A stretch of 59,244 nucleotides of DNA, counting the filler. It is 5 parts of 5 records of this genome, joined end to end, with 100 filler letters (N's around TTAATTAATTAA, not from the genome) between each part and the next. Parts side by side here need not be neighbours in the genome. Positions count along the whole stretch, not along the records: positions 49,078 to 59,244 come from SRR2962707_934; 4 more parts are not named here. One strand, written 5' to 3'. Shown in pieces: positions 49,328 to 59,244 of the stretch (position 1 is its first letter; each line of letters begins with the position of its first letter). A model generated the notes under the pieces. It ran no database searches, was not told the DNA's origin, and worked only from the letters and a program-made list of their open reading frames with translations. The translations under genes and the position numbers were made by a program.

Positions 49328-52300
49328 ATGGAGAAGTTCGTAATTTACGGCGCGCCGTTGTACGAGAAACAAGGCGGCAAAGTGTTCAAGGTGCGCGTGA
49401 AAGGAGGGATCGAATTCGTCGCTCTCAAAAGCTACACCAAGGACCGTCTGCGATCCCTCCAGCATGCTGTGCCGCTCCGCTGCGCATTGAAGGTAAGGCC
49501 CAACCGCTTGCTTGATTGAAAGTACATTGTTGTCTTCTTGTGCCAAGCTTGCAAGCTGCCTCTGATTGGTATCGGTGGTATTTTGAACGGCTCCTCATTT
49601 CCTCCTCAGCACCGCAATATTGTCGAGTTTATCGCGTGGTATCAAACTCAGAACCACATCTGGGTTGTGGAAGAGCTGTGCTGCGGTGGCTCTCTGGAAG
49701 AAGTTCACGCAACGGACGCCCAATTGCCGCTGGCGACTATTCTACAATTCGGGCGCGATCTCATGGACGCCCTCTTCTTTCTCCACACAAACAAGGTGGT
49801 TTGCTCGCTTGGGTGACGTGAATGTATGCGGTCATGCACCCGCGCATACTCAATGTGTTTTGGGCGAATGTGCCCTGCTGTGCTGGCAGGTGCTTTATTG
49901 CGATCTTAGGCCCCGAAATGTGCTGGTCGACGAGTTCGGCGTCCTCAAACTCAGCAACTTCGAAGGTGCGCGGCAAGTGCAATCGTCATCTGCCAAGCTC
50001 TGGCTGCCTTTGAAAGAAGCGCTTCTTCTGCAAGAGCAGCAACGGCCGCACGCGCATTTCCTCGCACCGGAACTGTTTTCCTTAACTCCAAGCACCGACG
50101 GCTCTGGGCGGTGCGTGCCGTGGGTGCTTTACTGCCGGAAGGACAGGGTTGTGGCGTTGTGGTCCTTCCACTCAATATGAACATTGTTGGCTGCGTGGAT
50201 GAATGCGACCGGCGTAGGGTACTACCAGGCGTCCACAGCTTCGCGTCGGATTTCTGGGCGTTCGGGTGTGTACTTTTTCAACTATATTTTGGCCATCTGC
50301 CTTTTGCGGCAAGCGGGACCAAAAGTGAGGATCGGGATGCCGCGGAAGACATGACCGGTCTTATTGGCCGCATTTGCAACTCTGACCCATTTGCTGAGCT
50401 CGGTACGTGTAGTTGATGCAAAATAACCAACATTGCGACGCCCAACGCGAAACTGTGCTCCGAATGACATGCGGCACACCATGTTTTGGTTCAGACTTGA
50501 AACAACGCAACGAAGAGAGTGTTGCACTCAGCCCAGTGCCTGATGCAGCACAACGCGACATGTTGCTTGACTTGCTTAAACAGTTGCTGTGCAAGGATCC
50601 CCGCAATCGCATTGCTTGGCCTGAACTTCGCAAGCATCCGTTTTGGCAGTCGAAGCCGCCAGGCAGTTCCGTTGTTGCCGATGGTACCGTGCCAGGCGGG
50701 GTTATTGGAAAGTCTGACCAGGACGTTTTGTCCTTGCTGCCCGACCAAGGTGCATGGCGCGAGTTCGTCGAGTGCCTTGGTCAACTTCGCCCGAACGGGG
50801 CAACGTTAGCGACGAGCGGTGGACCAGGGGGCAAAACAATTACCGAACATGTGCTTTTGGAACGCGACCAGGAAAGTACCATCGTGGACACAAATGCCGT
50901 CCCACATGGCCGAGCTGAGATTAACGTTCCTTCTGCAGTCGATGTCACCGCAGCGGCCACTGTGACCCTGCGCGACCCGCTTGAAGATCCACTGCAGAAT
51001 GTGGACAACGACGAATGTTTGCAAAAATCCCTGCCGCAGTTGTTGCAGATGCTTGTCGTGATTTATACGAGGCTTTTCGCGAGTCCGTTAGCGAAAAAAC
51101 ACTTGCGTGCGCAGTGCGAGCGTGCTGCGAGTCTGTGGGCGCAAACGTACGTTCGTGCAGGATCGTGCGGACATTGTGCTGGTCCATGGTGTTGTGTGAC
51201 TTCACTCCGTCTTTGAATTGTTTGTTTTAGGTACGGGGCCACTACGGTCCGCTCAGACGACGTGCTTTTAGGAGGAAGCTCGATGCCAATCATACCAACC
51301 GAAGTTGTTCAATTTTACGCGGAAAACACCTTACTGCTCTGCAAGTCCGATAGGGTGCGTGCCTATGGTGAGCCTTGACCTCAAGCCGTGATCGCGAGCG
51401 GTGGGAATATTGTCTGACGTTTAGCCTTTGTATGGTGACTAGGACATTTACCCAGTGATAGACCCTCTGCAGCTTCGTCAATCTCTTGAGCGGTGAGGAT
51501 GTGTGCGACCCGGACGACGTATGCTTTGCTTCACTGGTGTACGCTGGCAATGATTGTTGTCGTGAAATTACTGAGCTTTCATCAATGCTCACCCAACAGA
51601 AATCTGCGTTGGGGAGCAATACCAACTACGAGCAGCGAAGGCCCCCCTCGCGATGTACATGATGTCGAGAATTTTTCTCGGCCAGATCTTGCGAGGTGAG
51701 AGCCGCCGTGCTGACACTCACACAAGGTTCTTCGTTCGTTATTTTTGCGTACCACACAAGCAGGCTGACGTTCGCGTTCGGTGCGCTTGCCACTTCCATG
51801 AACGAGCTAGGTTCTTGGGTTTCATCTTCGACAATGCAATCGCTGGGGACGACGTCCACGAGTCGGTGGCTGAAAATGCACTGAACTATCTTGCGTATCT
51901 GGTGCGTTGGGCTTGAGCAAACGGCATATTTTGGACCAGTGAATGCACATGATAATGCTGATGTGCTCAGAATGCAACGTGCCGCGTTCTTTCATTCTTC
52001 GTTGCAAAGGCGGTGCAATCGACCCGCTTGGCAAGCGTGTTGGCAAACAGCTCCGTGCTCGAATACTGCATTGATACCATGAGCAGCTCTACTGTAGCAG
52101 AATCCTTACTGCTAACAGCTGTCACCCTCGCTGGGGCAATCGTGGGCCAGGCAGGCGACGTTCGTGCAAAAGATGAAGCAAGTCAATTGAATTCCAAGAC
52201 TAGTTTGCAGCTGGTACGTGCGCTGATGTGACGATGCGCTGGACTTGTAGTGCTGCTTCACGCATCTCATTCAGAGTGAACCCGACTAACGACTGCTGCG

Positions 52301-55300
52301 CATCGTGGCGTGCATGCCTCAGACACTGTCGAACCTCTTGCGGCACCGTAATCATGCTATTCGGCTGGCTGCTGCCGGCGCTCTTGGTGAGCTTTTATTT
52401 TACACCTGCACTCTGGACAACGGGACCAACGAAGGCCGCGATCACAGCGTTGAGATTGCCTCGCGACACGACTGGGTATTCCCACGGCCGGTCTTTGCTC
52501 GGCTTATTGAGCTTCTCATCCCCCGCGCAGACAGTAGGAGCTCTGCCGCTGCAGCCGCAACGGCGCAACAAGCGTCGTCCGTTGAATTTTCTTCGCTGGC
52601 GATCAGTCTGCGCGTGGTTCACGTTTTGGAGAACTTGTTTGTGCACACCAACACTCGCATTCAGCAACACCAGCAACATCGCGGTGATGCCGGCGCTCAC
52701 GCTGAAAACCCGCTGCCTCCAGTTGCTCGAGTTGCGCTCAATGAGTTTACGACACCGGCAGTTGCTGTATTTTTGCTCCAGGCGTTCACTGAAACGTCGG
52801 GCGGCGCGAGCAACGGTGGCATTGGCGCTGCTGGTGCGCGCCTTGCAAGCGCCCATCGGTTGGTTGCTGGGAACGCTTTGGTGCATTTGCTCGTGTATTG
52901 TCCTTCGTTGATCAGCAAAGTGTTTTCGACCGACACCTCTTTGTCAACCGCCGACTCGAACGGCCAACGCAGCGTTGGAGGCTTGGGGATCTACCTGGAC
53001 GCAATTCTTCGTACGATAGAGGTCGTTTTCGACGTTTCGCCTGCTACAGGATCAGCCAGTACAGTCGTTGATGGTGAGTCGAGCAACGCCAGTGCGAAGG
53101 AAAATAGTTACGCCGCAAAGCACAGCCGGAAAGCCAACAGCCTTGAACACCCTTCGAGCCCACACGGCGGTAGTAGCACTCCGCCGGTACCCATCACTTT
53201 AACCGAGCGTGACGAGGGACTTGTGAGATGCTCGTTGAACTTGTTGCAGCTGCTCTTGTCTCAAATCGCAGTCTGTGGCCCTAACCACGAGCAGAAAGAC
53301 GCCGGCAACGAAGGAGAAGTCCTTCAATATGTTGACTTTGACGATGTGTCTCGCTACGCGGTCCCCACATCTCTGAGAAAGCTCCGAAACTCCCTGCTGC
53401 GTCGTCAGCACCGATTGGCAGCTGCAGTTTTGGGAATATTTTCTCCAAAGGTGACCCAGAGCAGCACAAACTTGTCAGGTTTGACATCTGCCACGCTCCG
53501 CATGCTTTGAAATTGCCGCCTTGCCAAACGAGGGCACCTACTTTCATGGGTTGCCTTGCTTGCTAGGCGAGAGTCGCGCTGTTGTTGCGCCATCAGAGAC
53601 CCTCAGGGCGAAAGCAGCGCTGGTCCTGCGCCAGGCCATTCTGCAGCTCGACGGCGGCCTTGCAACGGTTCTCGAGTGAGTGCTGATCTAGTGCGTGTGC
53701 TGTTTGCTCGTCTTCCACACAGTGCTGCCTGAATGCATTGGGCTTCGACTGGTCAGGCACATATGCAATGCTTCGGATTTAAGTTTCGCGGGTCGCCTCG
53801 AAAATATGCTACGGGCGACCCTTACGATTGGCCAAGATGAAGAAGAAGTCCTGTTGCATGCTCCCAGAAAGCGCCTCACCATTCAGTCCCCTTTCTGCAA
53901 AGCTGCAGTGTGCTTGCTTGCAGACGCTGTTGCGGGCATTCTGCACTCTGGTCTTCAGGTGCATTCTCTGGCAATGTATTGCCTGGTAGCGTCACTGACA
54001 TTGTTACTAGTCAAGGTTTCTGCTGCGAGTAGACATTGCCAACCTATGTATTGGATGATGCGACAATGATGATACACCTAGTTTTTGCAGGATGCAATCG
54101 TGGGTACCTCCCCGGTTGCGCGTCCCAAGGTACAGCACGACAGTCAAGCCGACTCGCTGGCAGCACCACAAACTGTGATGCGGCGGAAGATGACAATCTT
54201 GGTGAAGCATGTCTTCCCTTGCACGTGCTTGCGCCGTGTGGTTGAGGACCATTTTGTTGTGCAACATGCAGCGGCACAGCGACTCGGCGCCTTGGCGGCA
54301 ATGGTATGTTGTTGGCTTGTTGTTATTTCGAGGGGTGGGGCTCATTGTGGTTTTACACCCGACCACACAGTGTGCGGGCAAGTCACCGGTGTGTACTCTT
54401 GTCTTCGGCAAACATGAACCAAAGACTCGCGAAGCCAGGATACGTCCGTTGCCTCCACCACTGGATCGGGTTTTGATCGGAGCTGTGCAACAACTTGCAG
54501 CCAGACTGCCTGGAATGGTACAAACTTGTTGTTCATTGCCTAACCAACAGCACATTGTGTTGGGCGGCTTTTTCCAGCCATAACTACATCACTGCCTGCT
54601 GGCATGGTTGCTTCTTTTTTCACAAGGTATTGTCTGCTTCAGCGAAGCTTTCAGATTCATCGGCTACAACGCTGGGATCCGTACTCGATGCGGTTGCGAC
54701 ATGGAGCTTGCTCGTCGACGCAGCCCAGGTCGTCAGTGCAGCCGAGGAACGAGTTTTGGACGGTGAGGTCGACAGCAAGGACGATAGAACCGGCTGCCTC
54801 TCTAGTGTACTCCTTCCGGCACTTTCACGGGTTGCGGCAGTCGCGTGTGGAGGAGTCGTCATGCAGGAGGGACAACCAGCGCAGCAGCCCCTGGAGGAGT
54901 TGTCTCAGGTGAGTAGATTTTGTGCAGAATCCCCATTTTCCTCATTTCTGCAAGTTTCGAAATTCGGGGCCCAAAACCAACCAATGTGTGCACTTTGTAG
55001 ACGACACTGCATCGCATCGACATCCTTGTTCGTCAACGTGTTTCGGGTTTTTCTTCGAGCTTTGGTGAAAGCCTAGCGCGACACGTTGTCCCAGTTGCGT
55101 CAATGGTTGTGGCGTCATTTACCTCTGCACTGAAGAAAGCTGCATCGGATGCTGTGGATTCCAAGGTCGCACGCAACCGCACCGCCCAGGAAAATGATGG
55201 GAGTGGAAACCCCACCCGTGTCCAAGAAAGCCTTCAGGAGAGCCTCAGAATCATCTTTTCAATCCTGAAAAGGACCATTGCCGGGCCGCCAGCGATCATC

Positions 55301-56849
55301 GTTCCTCAACTCGAAGTCGCAAAAACCTTCACCGAAAGTAATGGGGTGAACGCCGTATCGCCTATTCGTTTGGTCATTCTTTGCATGATATCTTCTGGGC
55401 TGATGGGCGACGGACTCGCCTTTCTTATGGGCTGGCGAGACACACGGACAGCCCCAGTCGCTGCATATTTGATGTATCTCTGTGTCTCGAATCTTCTGAC
55501 TCCAGCCCGTTTAATTGCACCGACGACGTGGAGTGCCGCTGAAAACAAGCCAGGAGATACAAGTACTGTGACAAACATCCCATGGACCAAAGAACAGCAG
55601 GACCTTGTATTGAGTCAAGCGACCTCCGGGTCATGTTGGCGCGACCTGGACATGTTAAAAGCTCTTGCTTGTGCGGACAGTACAGCGAAGGGAAATGGTC
55701 GTGGTTCTGCACCTGTCACGTGCGCGTTGCTCCTTCGGCCACCTTTTCAGGTGTGTGCATTGGCCTTCCAATTGCTGCGGCGAAGCTTGTTAGAGTGAAC
55801 TGACGCTAAAAAACCCGTGCATGTTTGTGACACAACGGCGCGCAGATTGTGCAACATGTCGCGAATGCATTTTCAGTTAAGATTCGAAATGCGGACAGCG
55901 CTGCAATCCAGTTGTTGCACTGCGTTTTAGGTGCTGCAATAGGTTTTGGCTCAGGCCTGCGAATGAGTTATGGTGAGCAAATTCTCTGTTTGCAACCTAC
56001 CTCTTTGACTGTTTGGTGTTCAACGATTTCAGACCTTGCAACGACTGCATGTAAATAGGACTGACACTTGTTGGCCAAACCTCCAGCGCTCTTGGTGACG
56101 GGAACCGCCCCGCGCAGTGGGCAACTCATGTGGCAAGTCCGGTTCTGCGGGCTGCCTTGGAGAATTATATTTTGCCCAAACACATGGATGCGTTGCTTCG
56201 CATTCTCACGCTCAGCACTGAAGTGGTGACGCCACGGCATCTACCACTTGCCAGTGCGCCTGATGGCACCTTCACTCTGACTTCCACAACGTATTCTTGT
56301 TTGGCAACTGAGTGCCTGGGTGTTATGGCACTGTGGTTCAATGGGGGAACACTTCGCCAAACTTCCCAAGGTTCAACTCCAAACTTTGCCGGTGCCCTCC
56401 TTTCCACACTCGCAAAACCGGACAAAAGTTGCGCACGGTTTGTGAGCAGCATCTCAAGCTGTGCCACAATCGAAGAAAGGCTCAAGCGCCAGGTCAAAGC
56501 AAGTTCATGCAGTCCCACGCACGCGCGGCTTCTGGAGCAGAAAGCACGCCAAGTGTCCGTTGGGGTGTTGCTTATCTTGAATTCTGCGCTTGACGCGCCT
56601 GCAGAGGTGGTGCGCCGCTGGAAACCCGGTTTGGAGTCCAACAATTTCTTTTCTCTCTGCCACCGCGCAATTACCCTCGTAAGACCGATTCTTTTGAGTC
56701 GCGACACACCAATTGGCAATGGACGTGATGCCGATGCAGTGCGGCAACTTCTGGACGGTGTCGTGAAGGCTCTTGGCCGGGCACAGGGTGTTGACGGCGA
56801 CTCACAGCAGCAAGGCCGCGGGGCAATGCCGCAAGACGACATTATTTGA
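49328..56849 (+). CDS. ULK4: ULK4/RUNKEL-like pseudokinase with long helical C-terminus (multi-exon; 3' exons approximate)
   Basis: MEKFVIY...KGGIEFVALK, HRNIVEFIAWYQTQNHIWVVEELCCGGSL, FGRDL, YCDLRPRN, LKLSNF, APE, SDFWAFGC, later AAAGALGELLFY. Confidence 0.85.
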
Positions 56850-56947
56850 AGGAAAAAGAGCTCGGCGCTTCGTCATTGCGGCTCAATGACTATTTATTTT
56901 TTTATTTTCAAAAGTCCGTGAAACTGCCGATGTTGTGCATCTTCCCA

Positions 56948-59097
56948 CTACAGCTCCGTACGATGCCTTTTCTTTTTCTTCCTCTTCTTTTTGCGTGTTT
57001 GTGGCTGGCGATCCTGCACTTCCGTCGTTTCGCCACTGCCAATGGACGTACTGAGAGATGCAGGAGCGCGATTTGTCGAAGAACACTGCGGCATTGCTGC
57101 CAATCTTTCTTCAAAGAGTTGCACGGCAAAGTCATACAGCTCTATATCGTACCTGCACGCATACGGTGGCCAAAGTCTGAGCAGGCAGTTGTATGTAGCG
57201 TTTTGCTCAATGGTCGCTGGGCAAAATACGACTTGCCTCAAAAACCTGGAAGCACGTGCTTTCTCCATTTGGACGTCAGAGAATTGAAGCCCGTTTCGAA
57301 TGTACATTCCAGTGCGGACATTCGCCCGCGTCACTATCGACTCATCATCCCACCCCTCATTAATTCGAAGCACATCCCTGACCACACACAAAAATACAAG
57401 GAAAATCATTCTTTGGATCAAGTATCACCGGCAGGCTAAGTTGCTGCAGCATCCCGCCAACAGCGTCCATAAGCACGTACTCCCCGAATGCAGAATGGCG
57501 GAGCAGGCACACACTATCGTCAAACCGCTCTGCAATCCCGAAGAATGCCATCGTGCGCAAGTTTTCTTTGGCCCGACGCAAGGTGTCTGCATTTGCAGTT
57601 TGGTTTCGATGATGCTGCTTTGTGCCCGCAATGAGTCGCGTCTGGAGGTTGTTGCCAGCGTATCTGGCACACGTTGCAGTGAGCAGGATGTGAGTTTGCA
57701 AAGGCCAAATTTATCATGTACTCACGAGCTTCTTGCGCGACCTACAGCGTATTGGTCTCGAGAAAATCGTCAATGTCCATGTCCTCAGGATGAGCATGTG
57801 TGCCAAGAGTATGTTTTCCTGAAGCCCAGTCACGTTTGGCGGTGTACAGAAAAGCACTGCGGACACGCTCCACTGGCTCTCGCAACATGGTTACGACCTA
57901 GAATAGAAACCAGAAGACATCCATGAAGCCTGTGTCACGGCTGGCACAGAGCCTGGTCGCAGGTACATCTGTCGCTTGCCTGCACATTGTTGATGCCGCG
58001 CTGTTCAGCAAATTCCGAATCGTAGAATGAAGAGTGGGCGCTCACGTAGTTGCAGGGTTGCTGGTACCTTCCACAGAGTGACGACATGTTACGAGCTCTC
58101 GACTGCAAAATTACAGGTCTCAACACAATGCAATTCAGTTCCAGTGCATTAGCCGTGCACCCAACGGCTGACTCACTTGGTTGACAACGACCATCCTGGC
58201 GACTTGCACTGCCCAGGATCTGGAGTGCAGGACAGACCCAACTGCGAACGCATTTGCTGAGCATTGGTCATGTACTGAACCTCGTGCTTCGGGTTGTTTG
58301 CGTAATCGAGTTGAGTCTGGGCGCGTCCGCCGTTGCGCAAATCGTGAAACAATGTGAGACACAGACGCGGTGAACAGAGTTCAGGTGACTGCCTGTTTAA
58401 ATTGGCATGAAAGCAATAGCACAACACTGCGCTCACTTGCCTGAATTGTGCCGTGGTCACAGCAAAGCGGCACATAGCAAGGCTCAAGTTCTGGTGACAT
58501 GCGAAGAACGTTGTCGAAGGAAGTGCTTGCAGCTTTGGGAATGGCAATTTGCAGAAGCTTGATTCTACTTGCATTGCACATTGAGTTCCACACATCGCAC
58601 ATCTGCGCCCCACTTCTGTACATTGCGAGTGGCTCTGTGCGAATGCCTGCGCGGCACGCCAAAGCGTTGTAGCGCCCTATTGAGCACCCAACACGCTCCA
58701 GAGGCCATGATTCGGGACTTCCTTCCACGTTGCCCGCCGCCGTTGTTGAGCTGCTGCTGGAGGCGGAGATAGGCTTGGAGACGTTGACGGGCTTGCCACT
58801 TTCCGTAGTGGTTGGATTTGTTCCGGACACTTTGTCTTTGCACGACCTTGACGACGGGTTGTTGCGACAGAAGCGGTTCTGTACCTCGTCCAGCATCTCG
58901 ACCAGCTCCGCATCATTGATCCAGCCCTGTGCGTGCATGAAGCGAAGGTTGTCACCCTCGTTGGCAAAAAACGCTTTCGCATTCGCGTAGTCGGTCACAG
59001 GGAGCACTGAAGCAGTCGGGGCAACGACAAACACTGCGAAGACAACAAGCACACGCATGAGCACTGCCACGCTGCGGTTATTACAACGCATCAGCAT
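56948..59097 (-). CDS. Secretory-pathway sulfotransferase-like protein (multi-exon)
   Basis: Signal peptide, 5'-PSB-like IPKAASTSF, AKENL...FFGIAERFDDS, YDIELYDFA..LF. Confidence 0.75.
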
Positions 59098-59217
59098 TGT
59101 AAAACACTGGTTGAAAAAGTTGTCGGCAGCCCTTCTGAGTACGGCGCCAACCGCTCACAGAAAGAACGCGATCTGGAAGCAAAGCGGGGGCGTTCTAACA
59201 CGCCTGCACTTTGTGCG

Positions 59218-59244
59218 TTTTTCTTTTTTTTTTTTTTTTTTTTT
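59218..59244. repeat. T-tract at contig end
   Basis: Near-homopolymer run. Confidence 0.9.

Overview
This window is not one locus. It is five unrelated contigs joined by 100-nt artificial spacers (N44-TTAATTAATTAA-N44 at 7497-7596, 36890-36989, 42713-42812 and 48978-49077). Contigs 1 (1-7496), 3 (36990-42712) and 5 (49078-59244) are from an intron-rich eukaryote with a compact genome, probably a protist (stramenopile-like by inference). Each carries one convergent gene pair: cullin / mannitol dehydrogenase; PH-domain DGAT1 / polypeptide GalNAc-transferase; ULK4-like pseudokinase / sulfotransferase. Contig 2 (7597-36889) is alphaproteobacterial (Rhizobiales-like). It holds a low-oxygen island: fixL-fixJ-fixT-like-fixK, about eight FixK/FNR boxes, sqr, a P1B-5 ATPase, stress genes, and an nqrABCDEF-apbE operon divergent from a pentaheme cytochrome c. 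It ends in a Lon-like AAA ATPase plus CoiA/DUF6035-like nuclease pair followed by four tandem hairpins. Contig 4 (42813-48977) is gammaproteobacterial: yjgA, pmbA, a membrane protein, hscC and a J-domain-RDD fusion, with REP-like palindromes at both ends. The best novelty candidate is the Nqr variant. Its NqrB lacks the covalent-FMN loop and the N-terminal region while the NqrF-D/E-C electron path is intact, which suggests electron export to the neighbouring periplasmic cytochrome. All family calls come from motif recognition; no searches were run.
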